Below are positions 37,302 to 50,910 of a stretch of 64,000 nucleotides of DNA, piece by piece; positions within the stretch are counted from its first letter, which is position 1, and the number at the start of each line of letters is the position of its first letter. The notes below the pieces were generated by a model. It saw nothing but the letters and a program-made list of their open reading frames with translations. It was not told the origin of the DNA and made no database searches. A program made the position numbers and the translations under genes. Where the stretch lies: the NCBI RefSeq assembly GCF_964213995.1, contig NC_135813.1, positions 60,078,001 to 60,142,000 on the forward strand. Reading direction: 5' to 3'. This DNA is from Mustelus asterias. Lineage: Eukaryota.

Positions 37302-39559
37302 CTAAAATGCAATCTGCTATGAATTGAATTTAGATTCTATCGGCTGCAGTGATGGGAATTGAACCCATGTCCCATGAGCATGAGCCCCTGGATCATTAAT
37401 CCAGTGACACTACCACTACACTACCATCGCCCCTAGCTGCGCAGCGGCAGGGTTTCTGTTTTTTTTTACATGAAATGGAACTAGCTAATAGTTTGTATAT
37501 TTCCGGTACTATTGACAGCGAAGCAGTCGGCGTTTTATGTAATTACTCCTTTGAAATTGACATTATGCCGTGGAGTCCCCACATCCGGAGTTAAATACAG
37601 CAAATCAGAATCTGCTGTCACTTATTTCAGCTTGACTGGAACCTGTACTATTGAGGTTTCCACAGAGTGCAATCAGTTTGAAGTTGTTGAACGGTGAAGA
37701 ATTCCCACTGTTAAGCCATTATTCCCACTGTAAAAATAGTTTGCAGCTTTCTGACTGAGGTGTACCATAGGTTTTAACGGTGGGTGAATTCATAATTTTT
37801 GAACAGGTTCAATGACCATGAAATAATAGTTTTGAATGTCAACGGTCCTCATTATGAAAAAGATCCAGATTTTTTGATGTATTTTGAAGCTTGTTTATGA
37901 TATTTTATCTTTTATATTGATCCCATTCATATGATTCAATCATGTATTCCGCCGACAATAAAATATAAGATTTAAAGTGAAGTTCATTGGCTTTTACTTA
38001 ACTTATTGTCTGTGACAATACTGTGATACAATTGGCTCTTGACGCTGTTTGGTGATGTCACAGTCATGACAATTTGTTTCTTTTAAAATAGCCCAGAATA
38101 TCCGGTTAGCGGCGTGACTTTAATGCCGCTGACCACGATTAAAGCTGCTGCCTTGCCTTTTTCCACTACAGGTTCGGGGTCTTAATCTCTGCTGCAGACT
38201 TCACCCACCCATGGAGGCAGGCTTCAGGAGTATTGGCGAGGCGGGGGAACACCAAGGCCACGCCCCATTTGAAATCAGCATTTGAAGGAATGCCTCTTGA
38301 CATCCAGCGGCTTTGCAGTGTTGTGCCTAATGTTTCCTGTAGAACACCGTGGTCGACCTGCCAGGGCATGGATATGAATCCATGACTTTTTAAAGTATTG
38401 TTTTAAGAGCTGAAAGTGTAAAATGTTTTGAGATGTGGATGATCCCTCATTTAATGAGTCAATTGTTTGGTTGGAGATAGCGCTGACGTTAGAATCATAG
38501 TCATAGCGTTTTACAGAAAGGAAAGAGGCCCTTCAGCCCATCGAGTCTCCGCCGGCCATCCATCACCAATCCATTCTCATCCCATTTTCCATCACTTGCA
38601 TGCTATTCTTGTCTGCTAGCCATGTCATCAACTGTTACATCTAATCTACATCCTCACAGATTTGCCTTTGCAGTTTCCTTTTAGTTTCATTAAAGTTGCC
38701 TTTGAGAATTGTAAAACGTTTTTCAGAAGACGGGACAGCAAGGAACAAAGATTTTACATTTGTCTCTTGAGGGAATGATAATCCATAATGCCCGGGAGCA
38801 CTTTTAACTCAGTTTACCGAACGCGGAAGACTTCGTTAGGTAACTATTGGGGATCAGTAAACCTGGAGTAACCAGTGCTCATTCTAATGTTGAAAGGCAC
38901 AGACGAGATGTCGCCTAACAGATATTCAACTCATGTATGAGGAGGTAATTTTATTGCATGTGACAAATAATTGCAAATATTTCCCGCTGACGGATTCATA
39001 GTTGTCCTGGGACCCCCATCAGTTGGTGATGGTGGTGAGTCAATGGCAGCAACAAATTGTCTTGAAAGGGGTGCTGCTGAAGGAACAGAAGCGAGTTTTA
39101 GCGGAAGCAAACATCGAAACTGTGCTGCAGGTGGAAGGGCAGTATTAATTACTGGAATTACTGACATACAATCCGTGTTTGAGGGTTGATTCAGTAATGC
39201 CGCGACCACGTGCTCACCTTCAACTTGCAGGTTGTTGAAGAAGTGGAGTTTTTGTGATAACGACCTCTGAGTGACGCTACCATGAAGCTGATGCCAGGGC
39301 TTCAGTGGAAGAAAGTGGACGCGGTATTCCAAAAATGCAGGTGATCAGGGATATGTCCATTGACAAGGACAAGTGCCAATTCACTAAAACAAGTGACATT
39401 CCAGGCACGTAATGAAGAATTAGAAAGTTTAGCCGAAGGGGAGAATATTATTTTCAAATGATCGAATGATGTAACGTGTGCAGAAAATTATAGACTTTTG
39501 AGCACTTTTAATTTGATCCAATAATAGTTGAACATTTTCAGGCAAGATCCTTAACCAAG

Positions 39560-41345
39560 TCAGTATGAAAGGCAAAGTAAAGATAGACATGTTAAGGTAC
39601 AAGAGAAAATTACACGGCTGGATAGTATTTACAGATAAGGTTGATGAACTGAGGGTGTTGATTAACACATGGAATTGGCAAGGATTAATCAAGGATAGTC
39701 AGCATAGTTTTTTCAAGAGGGGATCATATCTAACAAATTTGAATTTTTCGAGAAGGTGACTAGGTGTGTAGATAAGGGCAGTGCAGTTGATATAGTCTAC
39801 ATGGATTTCAGTAAGGCTTTTGTCATGGTTCCACATGGGAAACTGATCAGGATGTTAAGAGCTCACGGAATCCAGGAAAATTTGGCAAATTGGATCCAAA
39901 ATTGGCTTGGTAGCGGGGGCGGGGGCGGGGGGGGGGGCGGGGGGGGGCGGGGGGAGAAGGTAATGGTCAAATGTTATTATTGTGACAGGAAGCCTGTGTC
40001 CAATGGTGTATTGCAGGGATTGGTACCGGGCTCCTTGCTGTTTATAGCGTACATTAATTATCTAGGCGTGAATGTGGGAGGTATGATCTGTATGTCCGCA
40101 GATGACGCGAAAATTGGTGGTGTGGTAAGTAGTGAGGAGTAAAGCCTTAGATTACAGGACGACATAAACGGGCTGGGCACGTGGGCAGAACAGTGGCAAA
40201 TGGAGTTTAACCCTGTAAGATATGAGGTGATGCATTTTGGGAGGACTAACAAGGCAAATGAATATACAATGAGCGATAGGACGCTAGGAAGTACAGAGGA
40301 CCAAAGGAACTTTGGTGCGCATGGCCATAGATCCCTGAAGGCAGTAGGACAGGTAAATAATGTTGGAAGAAGACATATGCAAGATTGCCTTGATTAGCCA
40401 GGGCATAGAATATAAGAGCTGTGAATAAAAGAATATAAGAGGTTATGATCAAGCTGTATAAAACGCTCATCAGAGCGCACCTATTATTCTGGTCGCCACA
40501 ATGTAGGAAGGATGTGATTGCACTTAAAAGGGTGCAGAGGAGATTCACCAGGATCTTAGCTGGGCTGGGGAATTCCAGCTATGAAGAGAGGATGCTTAGG
40601 CTGGGGTTGTTTTCCTTAGAAAAGACGGCTGAGGGCGTGGAGGTGGTGAGGGGGAGGGCGGGGGGTGGGGGGGGGGCGGTGTGGGGGGGGGGGGGGGGGG
40701 GGGGGGGAAGACACCTGACAATAATGAGGGACAAATATAAGATAGATAGGAAGAAACCTTCCCCCTTAGTAGAGGGGTCAATAACGAAGGTTCATAGATT
40801 GAATACAATGCGCAAGTGATTTAGAGGGCATTTGAGGAAACATATTTTGATAGAAACCCTGCAGAAAGAGGCCATTCAGCCTATCGAGCCTGCAAAAACA
40901 ACAAATCCCACCCAGGCCCTATCCCCATCACCCCACATATCTCTCCGACTAAGGGGAAATTTAGCATGACCAATCAACCTAACCTGCACATCATTGGACT
41001 GTGGGAGGATATCGGAGCATCCGCAGGAAACTCACGCAGACACGAGGAGAACGTGCAAACTCCACACAGACATTCCCCGAGGCCGGAATTGAACCCGGGT
41101 TCCTGGCACTGTGAGGCAGCAGTGCTAACCACTCTACGACCGTTTCGACCTTAATTTTAACCGAGAGGGTGATAGGAATCTGGAAGTAAATGCCTGTAAT
41201 AGTGGTAGAGGTGGGAATCCTCACAGCATTTAAGAAGTATTTACATAAGCACTTGAAGCGCCGTAGCATACAAGGCTACGTACCAAGTGCTGGAAAATAG
41301 GATTACAACAGATAGGTGCTTGATGGCCGCCTCAGACACAATGGG
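39560..41345 (+). mobile_element. Older degenerate CR1 LINE containing two G tracts and a nested SINE
   Basis: VDIVYMDFSKAF..VPHG, GVLQGLV.GSLLF, ADDAKIGG, MEFNP. G runs at 39915-39954 and 40650-40707. Confidence 0.85.
40850..41142 (-). mobile_element. HE1-like SINE nested in CR1
   Basis: SINE head and CR1-type tail on the minus strand; host CR1 resumes at ~41152. Confidence 0.85.
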
Positions 41346-44300
41346 CGATGACTATGACGCTATGATGTGAGGAAACCAACCCAGGGTCTGTGTCTAGCAT
41401 GGTAGCAATAAATACAAGAGGGCATACAAGGTAGGTACATAAGCCAGTAGCTGAAACAGTAGCACTGGGCTGAAACATCAGTCCAGTTACAACCCAGTGC
41501 CGAGGTATCCTCTGATAGGCATGGTTCTGACAAAAGAGTCCAAGCCATCGATATAGCAAAATGCAGAAGTATTTCCTCCTTAACTCTCTAGCATTTCCAG
41601 CCCTCATCTTTTGTGACAACAATGCACAGATGCAGATGGCCGAATTCTGCTTTTGTCTTTTCTTGTTTTGTGTGATGTTATTTATCACTTGCTAAATGTA
41701 TGGCTGCATTCCACCGTTTAGGTTTTGAGCTCATAAATGCTGTGTTGTTTATTCCTGTGTTATTTCCTGATAAGTATATGTTTAACTATATACAGTCTGA
41801 TCTCAATGAAACGGTGTTGTTTCCGTTCCACAGTAGTCATTTTAAATCGTTGAAAGTAATAATAGGAAATGAATGGATAAAGTTGCAAAAGATTAAACAT
41901 TTTAAAATATCACGAATTAACATAATTTTGTCGCAATGTTTTGCACGAACTCCCTCAATTTCCTTCCACGAGCATTTTATGTTAAAAATGTACTTTGTGC
42001 TTGATGCGTGTTGGGAGGGAGACGGACATCGTTATTTCAGTGTTTACTATGTCAATCCCCTTCATAATAGCTAATGTTTCAATGAGAGCAGCAATTAATT
42101 CTTCACACCAAATTCATTCAAATTCCCGTCACAGGGCAACAACCCTGTGACCCCAGGAAACAATGCAAGGATATTCTTCCTTAAATATGCGGACAAACCG
42201 TGTGCCGTACATCAGCTGTGTTCTTCCTCCAACGACCCCAAGCCTTATATCATTACAGCATGAATGTCATATTCTCGGACTCCAATCCCCTTGCAATAAA
42301 AGTCAACAAAGCATTTCCCTTCCGAATTGTTCATTGGACCTACATCTCTGATCAATAATTTTAAAAGTTTGAAGCCTTTTTGAAATATGTTGTTTTCTCA
42401 TTGCTGCTTCCAAAGAAAATAACCTCCCATTTGCCCATATTATGTTCGATCAGCCATTTTGCTGTCCACTTTCTTGCCCTCTCTTCATGCATTTGCAACC
42501 TGACTGCATTCTCCTCCTCGTAGCTTACATTCCCATCTACTGTTGTATCATCAGCAAACATCAATACATTACTCTTGGGCCTGTTACCAAACCATTATGG
42601 GTGAGTGCGCTGTTAATTCTCTCCCCACTTCTCCACAGGTCACAATCAACAGCAGTTTAAGTATTTAACTCACTCACCAAAGTGTTACTTTCGCTACAAA
42701 AGAGACATAACAATCACAGAAGAATGATGTATTATGAAATAAACCTGCTTTACAACCAGTTGCAAAACTGATTAACATACAATTTGCAGCCTGAAACTGT
42801 AACGATTTACCCCTGTCGAAAAAGAGTCGACACACATGCGCCCACGCATACACAAAACAAAGCACAAGCCAGATAGTTCCCTGCAGCGACTGGTGTAAAG
42901 GGCAGTTAAAAAAGGATAAAGTCCGAAAAGTTGTTGACGCTAGTGATCTGACAGAATACTGGTCACAGGTTGTCGCCAGGACCAGTAGCGTCTTGCAAAA
43001 CTGCTTCTGGTGCTTGGACAAGTTTGAGGGTGTCCCGTAATAATCTCTCAAGTCTGGAGTGAAGATCATTGCTGTATACAGAACTTTACCGTGGTTGAAA
43101 GTTTGAATTTTGGCAAGGAGGGGGAGAGGGAATGGGGGAAAGCATTAGAAGTAGAACATTATTATGCTGGGAGCTTAGGGGCGAACTTTAAGTAGCGGCA
43201 CTGCAGAATACAAGGAGATCGGCCCTCAGCCTGCGGCACTGTACTCAATGAACATCCCATAATAACCACACCCAGAAGATACAGGCACTGTTTTATTGCA
43301 ACAATATTTCATAACATTAAGTGAAAATTCTTAGAAATAAATACATAGGTCTGAAGAAATTAAACTATGTCCTGAAGTATCACGCAAATGTGACTGAAGG
43401 GACCGCAAAAAGAAGTATATTTAATTTACACCATTGTTTTATTGCAATCGGACTCCTGTTTAGACACTTCAACAGCTATCGACAGGAAACTATTTCTAAA
43501 CAATAATAATAAATGTAAGCTTCACAAATTATTGGAATATTATGAAGTGTTGAATACAAACCGGAAATATCACAATTAATCAACAGAGCACAACTGTGGG
43601 GAACGAAACAGTCCGGCAGGTCGATAACATTGTTCAGAACTTTAGAAATGAATTACAATTTTAGTCGAATTTTAATAATTGAAAGTGAATATTTTTTTTA
43701 ATTTTTGCACAATTATTTGTAGTCACCAGTAATAACAGATGTCAGACCAACAAACGGGACAGAACAGTATTCGCCACGTGTCTGGGATCCAAAAGCTAGG
43801 CGAGCCCTTCAGTCCACTCTCCACTGACCCAGCACTGACCCATCACTCCCCGAAAAGTTGGTGTCCCTCCATTTACTCCTTGTCAGCCTCCCAGTTGTGC
43901 GGTTGCATCTAAGAGGCCAACATCTGGAACCATGGCCGCACTGTGAGGGAAGCGTTGTTCGGAATAACACCTTTCAAAGTTCTGAAATGTTCCATTGATT
44001 GTGCCCGGAGCGAATGTGGCGGAGCCCGAAATCCACGCCCCCCCCCCCTCCCACTTACAGGAACTTCCAGACGTGTGGGTTCAGGACTACTTGGGTAGTT
44101 CTGTCAAAGATCAGGCAAAGGAACAATGGATAGAATTGTTTGGCCCTGTGTGTTTCGATGATTCAAGTCCCATTCATCAGGAAAATGACTGCCAAACCTT
44201 TGTAGAGAGGTCGGGATCTCAGAGGTTAACTCTGTTTATTCACCAGGTATACTCTCAGACCTGCTGACTATTTCCAGCATTATCTGCTTCATTTTTACGA

Positions 44301-44397
44301 ATTCAGCAACCGCAGTATTTTGCTTTTGTGTGACCTTCCTCGTATTTTCTGCTTGCCGAAGCGAATTTGAGATGGTTTTTAAATTTCAGAGAATCTG

Positions 44398-44471
44398 ATT
44401 GGTTGAAATAAAAAGACTGATTTGCATCCCAACTCAAGGTAACACCTTCTTGGTGACAGGTGTTATTAAAA
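44398..44471 (+). promoter_or_regulatory. Ig light-chain V promoter, unit 4
   Basis: ATTGG 44398, ATTTGCAT 44420-44427, CAGGTG 44457-44462, TTATTAAAA 44463-44471. Confidence 0.86.
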
Positions 44472-44547
44472 GAGAGAGAGGTTCAGACAGTTAACCCATC
44501 TTGTCAAATAACTGGCAGAACTTCGGTGCCTCGTTAAATTTTTCACA

Positions 44548-44596
44548 ATGACTGGCTGGGTCCCTGCGATCATTGTGTCAATTTTTTGCCTGGCAT
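44548..44596 (+). pseudogene. Leader exon, unit 4 (MTGWVPAIIVSIFCLA), donor GT>AT
   Basis: Homologous to 175-223 but followed by ATGAGT instead of GTGAGT. Confidence 0.88.
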
Positions 44597-44842
44597 ATGA
44601 GTATGTTAAAATGTAGAGTTGCTCTAATTGCTCCTTTATGAAGACTTTTCGTGTGATACTTCAACGAAATTACAATCCTATAATTGCAAGAATTGATAAC
44701 GGTACCTGGGCAATAAGATTTTTCATGCCAATTTCTTTCAGTTTCAAATGCGGCGATTACAGTTAGTCAACCGCCTTCGAAATCGACTTCTCTCGGAGGA
44801 ACCGTCCAAATAAGTTGCAACTTCACTGGCGACAGTTTAGGA

Positions 44843-46316
44843 TGTGGAGATGCCGGCGTTGGACTGGGGTGAACACAGTAAGAGTTTTAACAACACCAGG
44901 TTAAAGTCCAACAGGTTTATTTGGTAGCAAATACCATTAGCTTTCGGAGCGCTGCTCCTTCGTCAGATGGAGTGGAAATGTGCTCTCAAACAGGGCACAG
45001 AGACACAAAAATCAAGTTACAGAATACTGATTAGAATGCGAATCCCTACAGCCAGACAGATCTTAAAGATATAGACAATGTGGGTGGAGGCAGCATTAAG
45101 CACAGGTTAAAGAGATGTGTATTGTCTCCAGACAGGACAGCCTGCAAGTCCAGGAGACAAGCTTTGGGGGTTACTGATAATGTGACATAAATCCAACATC
45201 CCGGTTTAGGCCGTCCTCATGTGTGCGGAACTTGGCTATCAGTTTCTGCTCAGCGACTCTGCGCTGTCGTGTGTCATGAATGCCACCTTGGAGAACGCTT
45301 ACCTGAAGATCAGAGGCTGAATGCCCGTGACTGCTGAAGTGCTCCCCCACAGGAAGAGAACAGTCTTGCCTGGTGATTGTCGAGAGGTGTTCATTCATCC
45401 TTTGTCGTCGCGTCTGCATTGTTTCCCCAATGTACCATGCCTCGGGACATTCTTTCGTGCAGCGTATCAGGTAGACAACGTTGGTCGGGTTGCAAGAGTA
45501 GGTACCGTGTACCTAGTAGATGGTGTTCTCACGTGAGATGATGGCATCCGTGTCGATGATCCGGCACATCTTGCAGAGGTTTCTGTGGCAGGGTTGTGTG
45601 GTATCGTGGTCACTGTTCTCCTGAAGGCTGGGTAGTTTGCTGCGGACAATGGTCTGTTTGAGGTTGCGCGGTTGTTTGAAGGCAAGAAGTCGGGGTGTAG
45701 GGATGGCCTTGGCGAGATGTTCGTCTTCATCAATGACATGTTGAAGGCTCCGGAGGAGATGTCGTAGCTTCTCCGCTCTGGGGAAGTACTGGACGGCGAA
45801 GGGTACACTGTCCACCGTGTCCCGTGTTTGTCTTCTGAGGAGATCGGTGCGGTTTTTCGCTGTGGCGCGTCGGAACTGTTGATCGATGAGTCAAGCACCA
45901 TATCCTGTTCTTATGAGGGCATCTTTCAGCGTCTGGAGGTGTCTGTTGCGATCCTCCTCATCCGAGCAGATCCTGTGTATTCGGAGGGCTTGTCCGTAGG
46001 GGATGGCTTCTTTAATGTGTTTAGGGTGGAAGCTGGAGAAGTGGAGCATCGTGAGGTTATCGGTGGGCTTGCGGTACAGTGAAGTGCTGAGGTGACCGTC
46101 CTTAATGGAGACGCGTGTGTCCAAGAATGCAACCGATTGCGGAGAGTAGTCCATGGTGAGTCTGATGGTGGGATGGAACTTGTTGATGTCATCATATAGT
46201 TGTTTCAGTGATTGCTCACCATGACTCCAAAGGAAGAAAATATCATCGATGTATCTAGTGTACAGCATCGGTTGAAGGTCCTGTGCGGTGAAGAAGTCTT
46301 GTTCGAACCTGTGCAT
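44843..46316 (-). mobile_element. 5'-truncated Penelope-like retroelement (RT plus GIY-YIG; Cys-rich linker suggests Neptune type)
   Basis: One frame 46316>45171 with two in-frame stops: RYIDDIF, LYRKPT...HF.SFHP, PCHRNLCKMC, NVVYLIRC...WYIGET. Perfect 12-bp TSD GACAGTTTAGGA (44831-44842 / 46317-46328). Confidence 0.95.
44934..44970 (-). ncRNA. Minimal type I hammerhead ribozyme in the Penelope 3' repeat
   Basis: Minus strand: CCAT-CTGACGA-A-GGAGC-AGC-GCTCC-GAAA-GCTA-ATGG (stem I, core, stem II, palindromic mini stem III). Confidence 0.8.
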
Positions 46317-48131
46317 GACAGTTTAGGAGGCAGCATCATGTATTGGTACCAACAGAAATCTGGAAATGCTCCTCGGCTTCTGCTTTATCATTGGGCTGGA
46401 AGCAGCATCAACAGAGGCTCGGGAGTTCCAGACCGGTTTTCAGGTTCGGTATCCGGCAACACGGGAACCTTAAATATCAATAAAGTTGAATCGGAGGACA
46501 CGGCGGACTATTACTGTGCTATATTGCAAAACAGCCTGTACTACTTTGACAGCGGAACCAAGCTGAGTGTTGGCAGTGTGTAAATTCTTTTCGCTTACAT
46601 TGTTCAAACTTTGCTTCAGGTTTGCAGCAGAATGCAATAACTATTTAATGTTGAAGTAATTTGATCGTCTTTTTAACAATATAACCGTTAATTTAATTCA
46701 AATGTCACGAGGCGAGCTTGCTAACTGGTTAAGTACTGAGTCTTGTAGTTGTATGTATTCTGCCTATCTGTTGAGAGTGGAGTTTTGTTCTGCACTGCGC
46801 TGCATCATCTGAGCCACAATAGCAACTAGCCTCAGACTCTCTGTACAATGAGATCAGGGAAATCGGGAAAAACCTCAAATCTTCATCTGCGATCGAATAC
46901 CTTGCATGGAAAAGCATGTACCTTCGGTCGTGACAAGAATGATCTCAATGGTTACGTACCCCGTTTCTAAAGTACCTTACCAAAATGCAGTGCCTGTTCG
47001 TACTGGTAAATAATGACCACTTGAAGTGACGAAACTCGCCAAAACGTAGTCCCTCATAAATAAATCTTTCAGAGCAGCAAGGGCAATCATTGGACTTTAA
47101 TAATGAAACCAAACTCTCCAAAAATCTGTTCGTTCTCACCTTTGCTCGAGAAAGTATATAAACATAAATCTTCCAGGCCAGCAATGTCAGAGCGTTGTTT
47201 CATTTTCTCCATAGGGTAAAATGGCTGGTGTGGGCTTAGCAAAAGATTTTACATTCCTCCCGATTTAAATTTCCGTTCAGCCCAATGTAAACCAGTTTAA
47301 GACAGTTGCAAAAAGTCAATGTTTCACCCATTATCTCCTCCTACAAAGCACGCATCTACAAAGGACCAAAATCGTCCACTGATTTGTTGTATTTATATCA
47401 CGATTTGTATCTGAAACATCTGAAACATGCCAGTGCGTTTGCGAATTTTTTTTGTTAATGTGATCCCTCAATGATCCCCGCGGGCATCCGCGTCACGTAT
47501 TTCTCACAGATAGCAATGCGCCCAATCACTCGTTAATCTGCTGTCAAATAATGGGGATACTCTGTCGCCACTTCCTCCAAAACTGTAATAGAGTAATTTG
47601 GATCCATCAGATCAGGATCTCGGTTTAATTCTAATCCAAAAGCTGTCACCACCACCTGAGCCACATTCCCATCGCTGGAATGTCAGTCTAGATAGCGCGG
47701 TCAGCTTCCCGTGTGGGGTTGAAACCGTCTGAGCCGAGAGGGGAGAATATCACAGGGTGAAACTGCCAGAGAAACTGCAACTACACTGCTCAGGATTCTA
47801 ACATAAGAGTTCATCAGTAAAACCTGATGGTAAAACGGATCAACAATTGTTCCCATCGGAACACAATAGAGCGAATTTAATGTATGTTCAGCGTTTGTAA
47901 TTCTATTTCTAATTCTGACTGACAAAACGACGTCTCATTGTGGAAACACGGCAGTTAAAAATAATCGTGTTATTATCAGCAATATATTATGAACCATTAA
48001 ATATTTAATATAATTCACGAATGAAATCGTGTAATATAATGTGCATTTATTGAATTGCGTTCTATAAAATTGAACAGAGTTAACTCTAGCTCAAGCCCAG
48101 TCAGTCATTAAAACTGAACTTTGCTTTTTAG

Positions 48132-48178
48132 ATCCAAATGTCCCATCGATCTCCCTCCTTCACCTTTTCCACGGATGA
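48132..48178 (+). pseudogene. Truncated C-like mini-exon upstream of C4 (acceptor intact, +1 frameshift)
   Basis: CTTTTTAG acceptor ending 48131; xPNVPSISLLHLFHG*. Confidence 0.7.
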
Positions 48179-48310
48179 ACACAAAGCAAAACAATTTATT
48201 TATTAAATACAATGAATGGCAGAATTCAAATTATATTGTTTCCAAGAAATCCTGTGCGTAACCAAATCAATTCACCAGCACTACTAAACATAGTTTTATT
48301 TTAATAACAG

Positions 48311-48633
48311 ATCCGCAGAAACCATCTGTCTCCGTCTTTCCGTCTTCGTCAGCTCAAATCGCAGCGAAGAACACGGCGACACTGGTGTGTTTGGTGAACT
48401 GTTTTAATCCGGGAGCTGTGGAGATTGAATGGACTGTCGATGGCAGCGTCAGAGGGAATGGGGTTGAGACCAGTCGGATCCAGCAGGAGGCGGACAACAC
48501 GTTCAGTGTAAGCAGTTATCTGACTCTGTCAGCCTCAGAGTGGAACTCACACGAGCTTTACTCCTGTCTGGTCAAAGACGAAATTCAGGCTACGCCGTTT
48601 CGAGCAAGCAACTCCAGATCCAGCTGTATGTGA
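48311..48633 (+). CDS. Constant exon C4 (open frame, divergent; its own V is disrupted)
   Basis: Acceptor ends 48310, phase 1. PQKPSVSVFPSSSAQIAAKNTATLVCLVNCFNPG...YSCLVKDEIQATPFRASNSRSSCM*. Conserved His>Asp and an extra Cys suggest decay. AATAAA at 48930. Confidence 0.8.
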
Positions 48634-49134
48634 TTCGGAAACTGTGCTGGACCAGCTGAGAACGTTTGTTCATTCCTATTCATTTGGCAAAAAGGGTAGA
48701 CATTGATTGTAATTCGGAGATTTAAGAAAACGGCCGTGCGGCTGGAGCTTCGCTTTTTAAGACTTGCTCTTTTGAAAGGCTCGTCAATTGGAACATTGTC
48801 GGTGTTAAGTGAAACCTCATTGTTTATTAATTACCTTTATGCATCTGATAACGTTAATGAGAATACAATAATGCGGCTGCTGTAACGTAAGTGTCTAATC
48901 ACTGTTAGACTTTCCCAATACAGATATTAAATAAAATAACTGACCAAATATCAAGCGCAAATACGGCTTTTCGTGTCTTTTTTTTTGCTGTTGCAGATAA
49001 GTCGAATCTAATACTTTTTCTTTAGTGTTCAGGCCAATGTAATATAGAATGCACCGAGTTATCGTAAAACAAGTTCCAGAGTCGGGTGAAATAATTCTGC
49101 TCATTCTGATCCCATGTGTATGTGACTGAGAGAG

Positions 49135-50910
49135 AGAACAAAGAACAAGGAACAAAGAACAATACAGCACAGGAACAGGCCCTTCGGCCCTCCAAGCCTG
49201 CGCCGCTCATGTGCCCAACTAGACCATTCGTTTGTATCCCTCTATTCCCAGTCTGTTCATGTGGCTATCTAGATAAGTCTTAAACGGTCCCAGCGTGTCC
49301 GCCTCAATCACCTTGCTTGGCAGTGCATTCCAGGCTCCCACCACCCTCTGTGTAAAATACGTCCCCCTGACATCTGTGTTGAACCTTGCCCCCCTCACCT
49401 TGAACCTGTGACCCCTTGTGTTCGTCACCTCCGACCTGGGAAAAAGCTTCCCACTGTTCACCCTATCCATGCCCTTCATAATTTTATACACCTCATCGCC
49501 CCTCATCCTCCGTCTTTCCAGGGAGAACATCCCCAGTTTACCCAATCTCTCCTCATAGCTAAGACCCTCCATACCAGGCAACATCCTGGTAAACCTTTTC
49601 TGTACTCTCTCCAAAGCCTCCACGAGCTTCTGGTAGTGTGGCGACCAGAACTGGATGCGGTATTCCAAATGTGGCCTAACCAACGTTCTATACAGCCGCA
49701 ACATCATATGCCAACTTTTATATTCTATGCCCCGTCCAATAAAGGCAAGCATGCCATATGCCTTCTTCACCACCCTCTCCACCTGTGCTGCCACCTTTAA
49801 GGATCTGTGGACTTGTACACCCAGGCCCCTCTGTGTGTCTATACTCCTGATGGTTCTGCCATTTATTGTATAGATCCCCCTTACATTAGATCTACCGAAA
49901 TGCATCACTTCGCATTTATCTGGATTAAATTCCATCTGCCATTTCTCTGCCCAATGTTCCAGACTATCTATATCCTGCTGTATTCTCTGACAATGTTCAT
50001 CACTATCCGCAACTCCAGCAATCTTTGTGTCGTCCGCAAACTTACCGATCATACCAGCTACATCTTCCTCCAAATCATTTATATATATCACAAACAGCAG
50101 AGGTCCCAGTACAGAGCCCTGCAGAACACTACTTGTCACAGACCTCCAAGTGGAAAAAGATCCCTCCACTGTTACTCTCTGTCTTCTATGGCTTAGCCAG
50201 TTCTCCACCCATCTAGTTAGCTCACCTTTTATCCCGTGAAATTTAACCTTTTGCACCAGCCTGCCTTGAGGGACCTTGTCAAACGCTTTACTAAAATCCA
50301 TATAGACGACATCCACGGCCCTTCCCTCGTCAATCGTTTTTGTCACCTCCTCAAAAAACTCAACCAAATTTGTGAAGCATGACCTCCCTCGTACAAAACC
50401 ATGCTGTCTATCGCTAATGAGATTATTCAGTTCTAAATGCACATATATCCTATCTCTAAGAATCCTCTCTAACAATTTCCCTACCATGGACGTCAAGCTC
50501 ACCAGCCTATAATTACCCGGGTTATCCTTGCTACCCTTCTTAAATAACGGGACCACATTTGCTATCCTCCAATCCTCTGGGACTTCACCTGTGTCCAGTG
50601 AAGAGACAAAGATTTCTGTTAGAGGCCCAGCAATTTCATCTCTTGCCTCCCTGAGGAGTCTAGGATAGATGCCATCTGGCCCTGGGGATTTGTCTGTCTT
50701 AATGTTTCCTAAAAAACCTAACACTTCCTTCCTTGTAATTGAGATTTTTTCTAACGGGTCAACACATCTCTCTGAGACACTACCAGTCAACATGTCCCTC
50801 TCCTTTGTGAATACTGAAGCAAAGTATTCGTTTAGGATCTCAGCTACTTCCTTTGGTTCTAAGCATAATTCCCCCCCCTTTGTTCCTGAGAGGTCCGATT
50901 CTTTCCCTAA
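49135..50910 (-). mobile_element. 5'-truncated young CR1/HER1-type LINE with uninterrupted RT frame
   Basis: 564-aa ORF 49219-50913: [52 protein letters not shown]; tail present. Confidence 0.96.

Larger units (their letters stand above)
44742..46575 (+). pseudogene. Germline-joined VJ exon, unit 4, split in CDR1 by a Penelope-like insertion
   Basis: 5' part 44742-44842 (AITVSQPPS...ISCNFTGDSLG); 3' part 46329-46575 ([10 protein letters not shown]...[22 protein letters not shown]); donor GTGTGT at 46576. The two halves are in frame once the insert and one TSD are removed. Confidence 0.94.

Noticed and set aside
46212-46583. 123-aa ORF as a novel V protein
   Set aside because: The N-terminal third is antisense Penelope sequence. 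It lacks FR1, the first Cys and a leader.
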